A stretch of 64,000 bases of DNA, from the NCBI GenBank assembly GCA_963422645.2, contig CAXXVO010000014.1:64001-128000 (forward strand), in the 5' to 3' direction. How positions within the stretch are numbered: position 1 is the first letter of the stretch; every line of letters begins with the position of its first letter. Made by a program: the position numbers and the translations under genes. The notes under the pieces were generated by a model, which was given only the letters and a program-made list of their open reading frames with translations, searched no databases and was not told the origin of the DNA. Below, piece after piece: positions 55,333 to 64,000 of the stretch. This DNA comes from Alphaproteobacteria bacterium (GTDB taxonomy: Bacteria; Pseudomonadota; Alphaproteobacteria; UBA828).

Positions 55333-56691
55333 TCAGTGCATCAGCGAGGGCATGAAGACGTCCTCCAGCCAGCGCGTGTTGAGCCTGTTAGCCGTGAAGT
55401 CAGGGTGCCGCACCAAGTGCGCCTGGAACGCGAGGTTGGTGTCGATCCCGCCGATCTGAAATCGGTCCAGCGCGCCGCCCATGCGCTCCACCGCTTCGGC
55501 GCGGTCGCCAGCGCGCACGATCAGCTTCGCGATCATGCTGTCGTAGAAGGGAGACACGAAGGCACCCGGGCGGCAGTGGCTGTCTATGCGAATGCCCTGT
55601 CCCTCCGGTGCGCACCAGGCGTCGATCAGACCGGGCGAGGGCGCGAAGTCCCGCTCCGGCGCCTCGGCGTTGATCCGGCATTCGATGGCGTGGCCGGCAA
55701 GCGCGATGTCTTCCTGCGCGACGCTGAGCCCGCCGCCGCCCGCGATGCGCAACTGCTCCTCGATCAGGTCGATGCCGGCGACCTCCTCGGTCACGGGATG
55801 CTCGACCTGGATGCGGACATTGGCTTCGATGAAATAGGCCTCGCCGCGGTCAACGTCGTAGAGGAACTCGACCGTGCCGGCGCTCCGATAGTCGAGGTGC
55901 CGGGCGAGGCGGCAGGCGGCGTCGTGAATCTGCGTGCGCGCTTCGGCCGGCAGCGCCGCCGCCGGCGCTTCCTCCACCATCTTCTGGAAGCGCCGCTGCA
56001 CAGAGCAATCCCGCTCGCCGAAATGGACGACCGCGCCGTCGCCGTCGCCCATGATCTGCACCTCAACATGGCGCGCGTCCTCGACGAAGCGCTCAACGAA
56101 GAGCGTACCGTCGCCAAAGGCGGCCTTGGCCTCCGTCGATGCACGCTCGAAGCCATCGTCGATGTCCGCATCCCTTCGTGCGACGAACATGCCGCGCCCG
56201 CCGCCACCTGCGCTGGCCTTCATCAGCACCGGGTAGCCGACGGAGGCGGCGAAGGAGCGGGCCTCGGCTGCCGAATGGATACGGTCGGAGCCGGGGACGA
56301 TGGGCACGCCCGCTTCGATCGCGATGGTGCGGGCGGTGAGCTTGTCGCCGAGCCGCTCGATGGTCTCGGCCCGCGGCCCGACGAACGCGATTCCCTCCCG
56401 CTCGCACAGGCCGGCGAGAGCCGGGGACTCGGAGAGGAAGCCGTAGCCCGGATGCAGTCCGTCGCAGGCGGTGGCCTCGGCCGCATGCACAAGCAGGTTG
56501 GCGTTGAGGTAGCTCTCGCGCGCCGGCGCCGGCCCCAGCACCACCGCGCGGTCCGCGAGCTCCGCCGCCAAGCCCTCGCGGTCCGCGTCGGAGACCCCGA
56601 CAACGCACTCGAGCCCGAGCGCGCGGCAGGCGCTGACGATGCGCACGGCGATCTCCCCCCGGTTGGCGACGAAGACGCGCGAGAGGGCCAT
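55333..56691 (-). CDS. Biotin carboxylase subunit
   Basis: ANRGEIAVRI, HPGYGFLSE, KASAGGGGRGM, ERDCSVQRRFQK, RIQVEHPVTE, ECRINAE, YDSMIAK. Confidence 0.96.
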   Translation of the reverse strand: MALSRVFVANRGEIAVRIVSACRALGLECVVGVSDADREGLAAELADRAVVLGPAPARESYLNANLLVHAAEATACDGLHPGYGFLSESPALAGLCEREGIAFVGPRAETIERLGDKLTARTIAIEAGVPIVPGSDRIHSAAEARSFAASVGYPVLMKASAGGGGRGMFVARRDADIDDGFERASTEAKAAFGDGTLFVERFVEDARHVEVQIMGDGDGAVVHFGERDCSVQRRFQKMVEEAPAAALPAEARTQIHDAACRLARHLDYRSAGTVEFLYDVDRGEAYFIEANVRIQVEHPVTEEVAGIDLIEEQLRIAGGGGLSVAQEDIALAGHAIECRINAEAPERDFAPSPGLIDAWCAPEGQGIRIDSHCRPGAFVSPFYDSMIAKLIVRAGDRAEAVERMGGALDRFQIGGIDTNLAFQAHLVRHPDFTANRLNTRWLEDVFMPSLMH

Positions 56692-57161
56692 CACGCCGTC
56701 TCGGCCGCTTCGGCCTCCGGCTCGACCAGAAAGAGCGGTACGCCAAACTCCACCATCTCGCCGTCCTCGACGCAGGCCTTGGCGATCCGGCCGCTGATCC
56801 CGGCCCGCACCGGCGTGAACAGCTTCATGACCTCGATCAGACAAACCTCGGTTGCCTCGCTGACCTGCTGGCCGACCTCCACGTAGGGCGCGATCCCCGG
56901 CTTGGGCGCGCGGTAGAAGGTGCCGAGATTGGGCGCCGTGATCGGCACAAGCCCATCGGCCGGCGCCGCTTCGGCCGGATCGGGAGGGGCCTGCTCCTCC
57001 GAGGCTACGCCAGCCTCCGTCGCCGCCGATCCGAGTGCCGCCGCATCCGCATCCTTCGAGAGCACCAGCTTCAGGCCGTCGGTCTCGAGCCGGAGCTCGT
57101 GCCAGTCCGAGCGGTCGAAGATGCGGATCAGCGCCTCGACCTCCTTGCGGTCGACGGTCAT
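56691..57161 (-). CDS. Biotin carboxyl carrier protein
   Basis: APNLGTFYRAP, IEVMKL biotinylation site, VEFGVPLF. Confidence 0.94.
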   Translation of the reverse strand: MTVDRKEVEALIRIFDRSDWHELRLETDGLKLVLSKDADAAALGSAATEAGVASEEQAPPDPAEAAPADGLVPITAPNLGTFYRAPKPGIAPYVEVGQQVSEATEVCLIEVMKLFTPVRAGISGRIAKACVEDGEMVEFGVPLFLVEPEAEAAETA

Positions 57162-58918
57162 GCAGCGGTCTCCGCGCGCGCGGCGGCACAGGCCGCAAGC
57201 AGTGCCGGCAGGGCGTGGCGCACGACGATGAAATCGAGACCGGCGGCGACGGCGGCCGCGACACCCGCATCGCTGGCGAGCGCGCCGCCCTTTGCGCCGG
57301 GAGTCCCCTCGAGCAGCGCGGGCAAGCGCTCCGGGTCCGCACCGCCCGGCAAGCGGTCGAGATCGACCGCGCCCTCCGGCGCCGCGTCGCCCGCGCGATA
57401 GACCGCCATCGGCGCGGCCGCGCGGGCCCATGACGTGATCTGGCGGAGGTAGGGATCGTCCGTCTCCGAAGGAACGCTCACCGGCAATGCGCCATCGAAC
57501 ACCTTCCCCGCCTTGCCGTCCACCGTCACCTCCCTGCCCGCAAGCGCTGCGTCCACGCCTTCGCCGCAGCCGACGACGCAGGGAACGCCGAGGGAGCGGC
57601 TTACCACGGCGGCGTGGGAGGTCGCACCCCCGGTCGCCGTCACGACAGCGCGGGCGGTGACCATGCCGTGCACGTCGTCCGGGCTGGTGGTCGGGCGCAC
57701 CAGCACAACGTCCTCGCCGGACGTGCCGCGCGCCTCGGCCGCATCGGCGTCCAGCACGACTTTGCCGATGCCGACACCGGGGCTCGCTCCCTCTCCCTCG
57801 GCGAGCAGGGAGGCGTTCTCCCCGGCGCCGTCGTCAAGGCGGGGCATGAGCAGCATGCGGACCTGGGCCGCGCTGACGCGGGCGAGTGCCTCGTCCGTGG
57901 AGATCCTTCCCTCATTCACCAGGTCGACCGCGACGCGCATGGCCGCGGCGGGAGCCCGTGCGGCGGTGCGGGTCTGCAACAGGTAGAGCGCGCCCTCTTG
58001 TACCGAGAACTCGATGTCCTGCACATCCCGGTTCAGCGCTTCGAGCCGGCGCGCGGCGTCGATCAGTGCGGCGTGCGCCTCCGGCAGGGAAGACGCCAGC
58101 GCATCCAGTCCCTGCGGCGTCCGCTGGCCGGAGACCACGTCCTCCCCCTGGGCGCGGGCGAGATACTCGCCGTAAGGCGCAGGCGCCCCGGTGAGCGGGT
58201 TGCGGCTGAAGAGCACACCCGTTCCGCTGTTCTCGCTGAGGTTGCCGAACACCATGGCTTGAACCGTGACGGCGGTCCCTGCGTCGTCCGGAAGCCCGTG
58301 ATGCCGGCGATATCGCTTCGCGCGCCGTCCGTTCCAGGAGTCGAAGACGGCGCGGACCGCGCCGAGAAGCTGATCGGCCGGCGCGTCCGGCACGCTACCC
58401 GCCGCCCCCGTCTCCGCAACGGTTGCGCGCCATGTCGCTGGGGTCCCTTGGGAAGGCAGCCCGTCGATCGCCGCCTTGAGCACGATGCGCGCGTACATCT
58501 CGTGGAAGCGCCGATGCGTGTCGCGGGCGAAGACAGCGTCGCCGCTCTCGGCTGCGAGCGCTGCCTCGATTTCCTCGTCGATCCCGAGATTGAGCACCGT
58601 ATCCAGCATACCCGGCATGCTGACGTCGGCGCCGGAGCGAACGGCCAGCAGCAAGGGGCGTTCGTGCGCGCCGAAGCGGCGCCCGGTCTCCGCCTCCAGC
58701 ATGGCGATGCCGGCGTGAAGCTCGTCGACGAGGCCGTCCGGCAGCGCGCCTTCGGCGAGATAGGCGCGGCAGGCCTCGGTCGTCGCCACGAAGGCGGGCG
58801 GCACCGGCAGGACTGCGTGGCGCATGACGGCGATGCCCCACGCCTTGCCGCCGATCAGCGCGCGGTCGGGCTGCGCCGCGCCGTCGAGGAAGAGCACCCA
58901 GCGGCCGACAGCACCCAT
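57158..58918 (-). CDS. PPDK-like protein: ATP-grasp plus phospho-His domain, lacking the C-terminal pyruvate-binding barrel
   Basis: IGGKA, VPPAFV, VRSGA.VSMPGMLDTVLNLG, VQAMVFGN, SGTGV, QGEDVVSG, DIEF, LLQTR, GGATSHAAVVSR; only 586 aa. Confidence 0.9.
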   Translation of the reverse strand: MGAVGRWVLFLDGAAQPDRALIGGKAWGIAVMRHAVLPVPPAFVATTEACRAYLAEGALPDGLVDELHAGIAMLEAETGRRFGAHERPLLLAVRSGADVSMPGMLDTVLNLGIDEEIEAALAAESGDAVFARDTHRRFHEMYARIVLKAAIDGLPSQGTPATWRATVAETGAAGSVPDAPADQLLGAVRAVFDSWNGRRAKRYRRHHGLPDDAGTAVTVQAMVFGNLSENSGTGVLFSRNPLTGAPAPYGEYLARAQGEDVVSGQRTPQGLDALASSLPEAHAALIDAARRLEALNRDVQDIEFSVQEGALYLLQTRTAARAPAAAMRVAVDLVNEGRISTDEALARVSAAQVRMLLMPRLDDGAGENASLLAEGEGASPGVGIGKVVLDADAAEARGTSGEDVVLVRPTTSPDDVHGMVTARAVVTATGGATSHAAVVSRSLGVPCVVGCGEGVDAALAGREVTVDGKAGKVFDGALPVSVPSETDDPYLRQITSWARAAAPMAVYRAGDAAPEGAVDLDRLPGGADPERLPALLEGTPGAKGGALASDAGVAAAVAAGLDFIVVRHALPALLAACAAARAETAA

Positions 58919-58920
58919 GC

Positions 58921-59523
58921 CTATTCCTGCCGCGTGCGGCCGAGGATTCGCAGCAGGTCTTCGTGAAGCTCGAACCACACCGTGTGATAGGACTCGATCC
59001 GTGCGCCGCTGACCCACTCGATAGCGCCGTCCTCGGCCTTCTCCAGCGCCGCTTCCAGCTTGCACGCGTAAATCGCGAGGCGCGGCAGGCCGGCGCTCAG
59101 TTGCTGGAGGATCGCCTCCGCCCGCTCGTGCAGGGCGCCCAGACGATCGATCAGCCTATCGTCATAGTCCTTGTTGGTGTGATCGTTCAGCACGCTCTCG
59201 CCGTCGATCTCGATGGTCTGCCACGCGGTCATCAGCGCCTTGAGGTCTCGATTGATCGCCTCGAAGCGCTCGCAGGCGGAGGCGAACGCCGGGTCGGCCC
59301 GTTGCGCGGCAAAGAGCCTGGAATAGGCGCCGTCGAGGGCCACGCGCGCGACAGGCGTCAGGGAATACGCCTCGCCGGCGCGCAGGGCGCGGCCCTTGGC
59401 CACCGCCTCGTCGAGCGCCGCCTGCACCTCGGTCTCGTCGAGTCCGACTGCTTTGGCGATCGCCGCGGCGTCCGCATGCTTCTTGATCGCGAGGCCGTGG
59501 AGGACGAGATAGGTGTCGGTCAT
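58921..59523 (-). CDS. Conserved helical protein with N-terminal winged-HTH (partner of truncated PPDK; Rv1126c-like by recall)
   Basis: N-terminal HTH-like segment; WQ...NDHTNKDYD...SYHTVWFELHEDL motif; 2 bp from the PPDK-like start. Confidence 0.75.
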   Translation of the reverse strand: MTDTYLVLHGLAIKKHADAAAIAKAVGLDETEVQAALDEAVAKGRALRAGEAYSLTPVARVALDGAYSRLFAAQRADPAFASACERFEAINRDLKALMTAWQTIEIDGESVLNDHTNKDYDDRLIDRLGALHERAEAILQQLSAGLPRLAIYACKLEAALEKAEDGAIEWVSGARIESYHTVWFELHEDLLRILGRTRQE

Positions 59524-59526
59524 GGC

Positions 59527-61020
59527 TCAGGCACTCTCCCGCTCGGCCGTCGTGTCGGCCGAGGCGAGGACGCGGTCTCGGACCGCGCGGCGCAGGAGCT
59601 TGCCTGCCCCGCTCTTGGGCAGCGTGTCCCAGATCTCGACGCTCTTCGGGCACTTGTAGCCGGCGAGCCTCTCGCGACAGAACTGCCGCACTGCCTCCGG
59701 GTCGAGACCCGGCCGCCCGGCAACGACGGCATGGACGCGATCGCCCCACTTCTCGTCGGGCAGTCCCACCACGGCGGCCTCGACGACGCCCTCGTGGGCC
59801 AGCAGCACATCCTCGATCTCGCGCGGGTAGACGTTGTAGCCGCCGCTGATGAGCATGTCGTTCTTGCGGTCGAGAATGTAGAAGAAGCCGTCCTCGTCGA
59901 TGCGGCCGATGTCGCCGGTATGGAGCCAGCCGTTGCGGAAGGCCCTGGCGGTCTCCTCCGGGCGCTTCCAGTAACGGGCCATGAGCTGGGTCCCGCGGCA
60001 GACGATTTCGCCCCGCTCGCCGGTCGGCACCGGCTTGTCGTCCTCGTCGAAGACCGCCACGTCCGCGGTGGTGTAGGGCCGCCCGCACGAGCCCACGCGG
60101 TCGTGATCCTCCGGCCCGAGATAGGTAATCACCATGGGGGACTCCGCCTGGCCGTAGGTCTGGGCGAAGACCGGGCCGAAACGGGCCATGGCGCGCTCCA
60201 GCAGGCTCGGCGCGATGGGCGATGCGCCGTAGCAGATGCGTTTGAAGCGGAGGTCCGCCGTCTCCAGCGCGGGCTCCTCCATGATCATCGCCAGCATGGT
60301 CGGCACCAGAAAGGTGTGGGTCGCGCGCGCCTGCGCAGCCATGGCGATGAAGCCGACGGCGTCGAAGTGCGGCATGATCCACTGGTGCACGCCCCGTACC
60401 AGCGCGGGCAGGAAGAAGGCGCCACTCGCGTGCGCGATGGGGGCGGCGTGGAGGAAGCGGTCGCCCGACGCGAGGTCGGGCACCAGGTCCATGAGAAAGG
60501 CCGAGAGCTCCGCAGTCTCGCCCAGCGTGGTGAGCGTGACCGCCTTGGGCGCGCCGGTGGTCCCGCCCGTGAAGCCCAGGCGATAGGGCGCCTCAAGCTC
60601 GCGGTCCACGCAGCAGACGCCGGGTGGTCCCTCGTCGATGAGCCGGCGGAGCGCGTCGGCGCCGTAGACCATGGCCGCGCCGAAGCCCTTGGCGCCCTCG
60701 ACATCGTCGTGGATGAGGCCGCGGGCGCCGCTGTCGCCCAGCTTGTAGCGATGGTCCGCCGCCGTCTCGCGCACGTTGAGCGAGACCCGCACGAGGCCGG
60801 ACTTGGCGATCGCGTAGTAGGCGATCAGGCAATCGATCCCGTTGGGCAGCAGCACGCCGACGCGGTCGCCCAGCTCGAAGCCTTCCGCGAGCAGCGCGTT
60901 GCCGAGCCGGTCCGTCGCCGCGTCGAAGGCGCGGAAGCTCAGCGTGCGCGTCCCTTCGGTCAGCGCCGGTGCCTCGCCGTACATGAGCGCCGCGCGCCGG
61001 ATGTACTCGCCGATCTGCAT
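59527..61020 (-). CDS. Acyl/aryl-CoA ligase (ANL superfamily)
   Basis: FTGGTTGAPK, YGQAE, WLHTGD, DRKNDMLISGGYNVYPREIE, LPKSGAGK. Confidence 0.95.
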   Translation of the reverse strand: MQIGEYIRRAALMYGEAPALTEGTRTLSFRAFDAATDRLGNALLAEGFELGDRVGVLLPNGIDCLIAYYAIAKSGLVRVSLNVRETAADHRYKLGDSGARGLIHDDVEGAKGFGAAMVYGADALRRLIDEGPPGVCCVDRELEAPYRLGFTGGTTGAPKAVTLTTLGETAELSAFLMDLVPDLASGDRFLHAAPIAHASGAFFLPALVRGVHQWIMPHFDAVGFIAMAAQARATHTFLVPTMLAMIMEEPALETADLRFKRICYGASPIAPSLLERAMARFGPVFAQTYGQAESPMVITYLGPEDHDRVGSCGRPYTTADVAVFDEDDKPVPTGERGEIVCRGTQLMARYWKRPEETARAFRNGWLHTGDIGRIDEDGFFYILDRKNDMLISGGYNVYPREIEDVLLAHEGVVEAAVVGLPDEKWGDRVHAVVAGRPGLDPEAVRQFCRERLAGYKCPKSVEIWDTLPKSGAGKLLRRAVRDRVLASADTTAERESA

Positions 61021-61060
61021 GAGTTCAGGCCGCCTGGACGTGTGGGAGCGGGGCGCGTCT

Positions 61061-62614
61061 CTAGTCGCGGGGGAGCGCCGCCAGCTCCGCAGCGCCGAGC
61101 GATGCCCCGCGACCCTGGATCTTGCGCGCCCGCTCCTGCTCCAAATGGTACATCTCGTCCGCGCGCGCCGTGTCGTGGTTGTACTTGAGCCAGGTCTCGT
61201 CCAGGAAACGATAGCGGTCGGACTGCGGCGCGAAGGCGCGGACCCGCGCGTTGTACTCCTCCAGCGTCAGCACGCCCTGGCTCGTGCGGTAGCGGTCGGC
61301 CTTGGCCGGGAGCGTGGTGGCGCCGGGATAGACCGGGCCGCAAGTGGGCACGTACTCCTCGCCGTCCAGGATCGCGTAAGGGATCGGCGTATACATGCGG
61401 GTCGGGCCGTTGCCGTGCTGCATCATGCTGTAGGACGAAAGGCGATGGCTCGCCAGCGTCAGCAGTCCCACCAACTCGCCCAGGCAGTCGCGGCTGAACT
61501 CGTCGTTGAGCAGGGGGCGGAAGCGCTCCGCCCGCTCGTCGATCAGCATCCAGTCCTCTCGGGCGTAGACGCCGGCGACGTGGGCGAGGTCCTTGCAGAT
61601 GCCGAAGTAGGTGAGCGCGCCGGCGTCGAGCATCTGGTCGCGGCTCCAACCGGCGATGCGCCTCCAGAGCCGCGCCGTCGCTTCCTTGAAGAGCCCGTCC
61701 AGCGTGCGGAATATCTCGGTCAGGGTCTCGCGACTCTCCATCCCCACCGGAACGTGCCCCTCGGTGAGCGGGTCGGAGGTGTAGAGGCCGACGCCGATGA
61801 TACTCTCCGCCCTGAACTCAGGCTCGGATTCGAAGCTTCCCCAGTCGTCGACCAGGTAGAAGTGGCAGTCCTTCACCAGCATCGGGACGGTGAGGTTGTT
61901 GTAGGGAATGTCGGCCGCCACGTCGTCGAGCCAGGGGAAGTCGCCTTCGCCGAGGTCCATGAAGTCGCGGACGATCATCTCCACGCCGTCGGCGACTTTG
62001 TAGGGCCCGGTGTTGAGCAGACTGATGCGGCTCTCGCAGCTCACCAGGAAGCCGTATTGCGCCGCAGAAGCCATGAACTGGGTCGCCGCGCTGTGCAGCG
62101 CATCGCCGGCCTCGCAGCCGTAGGCGTCGGACTCGAAGACCTGAAGCCGCCGCTCCGGCAGGATCTGGCAGCGGTGGCCGAACTCCTTATTGGTGATGTG
62201 GCCGTCGTTACGGTGCCAGGAGAGTTGCAGGCGTTTCCAGAAGTCCATCAGGTAGACGAGGTCTTCCACGGCGTCCTGCGGGCGCAGAAGGCCCATATTG
62301 ATGAGCCACTCGCGGCCGAGCAGGTAGAAGCCCGGCATTCCCCAGCCCATGGCGCTCTTGCCCGGCGGGCGTCCCTCCCGAGCGCGATCGCCGATCTCTT
62401 CCGCCGTCATCACGCTCTCCACCTTTCGCAAGAGCGAGGGGTAGCGGTAGAAGGCGTTGAGGTAGGAGAGCAGCATGTAGGGCGGCACCGGAAAGAGCTT
62501 GGATTCCTGCACGGTGCGCGTGACGCAGAGCCAGTAGGTCTCGTCGGTGAAGGTTTGCAGGAGGTTGTTGGTCTCCAGCAGCTGAGCGTAGGAGAGGCGA
62601 GGCGCGCCGACCAT
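61061..62614 (-). CDS. Hypothetical protein, 517 aa (no family recognised)
   Basis: Long ORF with natural composition and GC3 bias from ATG 62614 (TGATG overlap with upstream stop); lies within the operon. Confidence 0.85.
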   Translation of the reverse strand: MVGAPRLSYAQLLETNNLLQTFTDETYWLCVTRTVQESKLFPVPPYMLLSYLNAFYRYPSLLRKVESVMTAEEIGDRAREGRPPGKSAMGWGMPGFYLLGREWLINMGLLRPQDAVEDLVYLMDFWKRLQLSWHRNDGHITNKEFGHRCQILPERRLQVFESDAYGCEAGDALHSAATQFMASAAQYGFLVSCESRISLLNTGPYKVADGVEMIVRDFMDLGEGDFPWLDDVAADIPYNNLTVPMLVKDCHFYLVDDWGSFESEPEFRAESIIGVGLYTSDPLTEGHVPVGMESRETLTEIFRTLDGLFKEATARLWRRIAGWSRDQMLDAGALTYFGICKDLAHVAGVYAREDWMLIDERAERFRPLLNDEFSRDCLGELVGLLTLASHRLSSYSMMQHGNGPTRMYTPIPYAILDGEEYVPTCGPVYPGATTLPAKADRYRTSQGVLTLEEYNARVRAFAPQSDRYRFLDETWLKYNHDTARADEMYHLEQERARKIQGRGASLGAAELAALPRD

Positions 62615-63366
62615 CACGAAGCCTCCTGGGCCAGCTTCCAGATGTTGGCGGTCACTTCCTCGCCCTTCTGATAGGCCTCCGCCGTTTTCGCCGCCGCGGC
62701 GGTCTCCATCTCCAGGCGCTGACCTTCCTTGATCCCGGTGATCTTGGCGTTCATGAGGCAGGGAATACCGTATTCCCGCGCGAGAATCCCGAGGTGGGAA
62801 CGCACGGTGCCGCCCATGCAGATGATGCCGGTGAATTGCTCCAGGATCGGCGCGGTGAGGGTGCCGCCGGAATCGTCGATGATGGCGATGGTCTCGGGCG
62901 GCACGCCGTCGCCGAGATAGCGCATGACCTGGCTGCTGGAGCGGACGTAGCGCGCGGTGCCTACGGTATTCTCGGCGACGCGCATCACGTTGTCGCCGAC
63001 GCCGCAAAGCGCCCTGCCCTCTGCATCGGCCTCGCCGGAGGGCGCGTCCGGGTGCTCCATGGTCCAGTCGGGGTCGTCACCCAGGATGCCTTCGGCGGGC
63101 TTATAGGCCTCGGGCCGTTCGTTCACCGAAATCACCGCCGAGAAGTCGTAGCGGTGGCCGGCGTCGAGCAGCTTCCTTTCGATCTCCTCGAAATCGGCCG
63201 CGGTGATCAGATCGTAGGACTTGTCGAAGACGAAACTGTTCCAGTCGACCCCGCTCTCGCCCAGGCGGCGCCTCACCAGGTCCTTGATCGCGCTGTGGAA
63301 GGCCTCGACGGTGGGCGAGTGTGCCTGATCGCCGTACTTGTCCGTGTCCACGTAAAGCTTGGCCAC
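62614..63366 (-). CDS. Protein with C-terminal PEP-utilising phospho-His (swivel) domain
   Basis: GIICMGGTVRSHLGILAREYGIPC matches the phospho-His swivel motif; acidic N-terminal domain; RBS GGGGGAG before GTG. Confidence 0.87.
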   Translation of the reverse strand: MAKLYVDTDKYGDQAHSPTVEAFHSAIKDLVRRRLGESGVDWNSFVFDKSYDLITAADFEEIERKLLDAGHRYDFSAVISVNERPEAYKPAEGILGDDPDWTMEHPDAPSGEADAEGRALCGVGDNVMRVAENTVGTARYVRSSSQVMRYLGDGVPPETIAIIDDSGGTLTAPILEQFTGIICMGGTVRSHLGILAREYGIPCLMNAKITGIKEGQRLEMETAAAAKTAEAYQKGEEVTANIWKLAQEAS

Positions 63367-63513
63367 TTTCTCCCCCAGGGCAGGCTCGCCGGAACGGAGG
63401 CGCCAACATGCGGATTGGCCTATCAGCTGTCAATCTGGCTATCGATCTTGCGCCAGGCGGAAGCCCCGAAGAGACTGCGGCCCCCGCCGCGCCCGCCCGA
63501 AAGGATCCCCGCC

Positions 63514-64000
63514 ATGCCAGCGGAGAGCGATCTCTCCCACCACCGCATCCTGGTCACCAATGACGACGGCATCCATGCCAGGGGGCTGAAAATTCTCGAG
63601 GCGATCGCGCGGAGCCTGTCCGACGATGTCTGGGTCGTCGCGCCTGATCACGAGCGGAGCGGCGCCGGCCATTCCATCTCGATGCACACGCCGATCCGCC
63701 TGCGCCAGATGGGGGAGAAGCGCTACGCGGTGGACGGTACGCCCACCGACTGTGCGCTCATGGCGATCCACGAGCTGATGACCGAAAGCCCGCCCACGGT
63801 CCTCCTCTCCGGCATCAATCGCGGCGCCAATCTCGCGGATGACATGACCTATTCGGGCACCATCGCCGCCGCGATGGAGGGGACCCTGCTCGGCATCCGC
63901 TCGATCGCGCTCAGCCAGGTGTTCACCATGGGCGGTGAGGCGCTCTGGGCCACGGCGGAGGCCTTCGCGCCGGACGTGATCCAAACCCTCATGCGCCTGC
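63514..64000 (+). CDS. surE: 5'/3'-nucleotidase SurE (3'-truncated by window edge)
   Basis: RILVTNDDGIHARGL, VVAPDHERSGAGHSIS, DGTPTDC, SGINRGANL, YSGTIAAAMEG. Confidence 0.96.
   Translation, partial: MPAESDLSHHRILVTNDDGIHARGLKILEAIARSLSDDVWVVAPDHERSGAGHSISMHTPIRLRQMGEKRYAVDGTPTDCALMAIHELMTESPPTVLLSGINRGANLADDMTYSGTIAAAMEGTLLGIRSIALSQVFTMGGEALWATAEAFAPDVIQTLMRL

Noticed and set aside
55333-57161. Housekeeping accB/accC of fatty-acid synthesis
   Set aside because: Coupled to a PycB-type carboxyltransferase in a catabolic operon, not to accA/accD or aroQ; symbols withheld
57158-58918. Pseudogenised housekeeping ppdK
   Set aside because: No frameshift or remnant of the barrel downstream; stop codon is coupled to the BCCP start (ATGA), consistent with a deliberate short architecture

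Overview
High-GC window, most likely from an alphaproteobacterium (Rhodospirillales-like, inferred from gene content and synteny). Housekeeping blocks: shc-hpnG><hpnH-ispH hopanoid genes; eno-ftsB-pdhABC-lpdA-lipA-ratA; tRNA-Glu-recJ-glpX-hom; phaC; argC-rpsI-rplM; surE. Accessory catabolic islands lie between them. Main observations: (1) A tightly coupled 10.7-kb minus-strand operon (52690-63366) encodes a split two-phospho-His dikinase system, a 517-aa unknown protein, a CoA ligase, a three-subunit pyruvate-carboxylase-type biotin carboxylase and a thiolase. This looks like a phosphorylation-assisted ketone/phenol carboxylation pathway analogous to, but built differently from, the Acv/Hpe acetovanillone pathway. 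(2) An aromatic-amino-acid-lyase homologue lacking the MIO motif is coupled to a UbiD decarboxylase, divergent from a Rieske oxygenase/ferredoxin/hydrolase set. (3) Two IS66 (ISBst12-type) elements have exact ends and 8-bp target duplications; one carries a translationally coupled compact DNA adenine methyltransferase and sits in an RBS, the other has a doubled right end. (4) An apionate-lactonase-like sugar-acid cluster. (5) A relic tRNA-Glu integration marked by a ~270-bp direct repeat. (6) A decayed mazEF remnant. All calls are from reading motifs by eye; no database searches were run.
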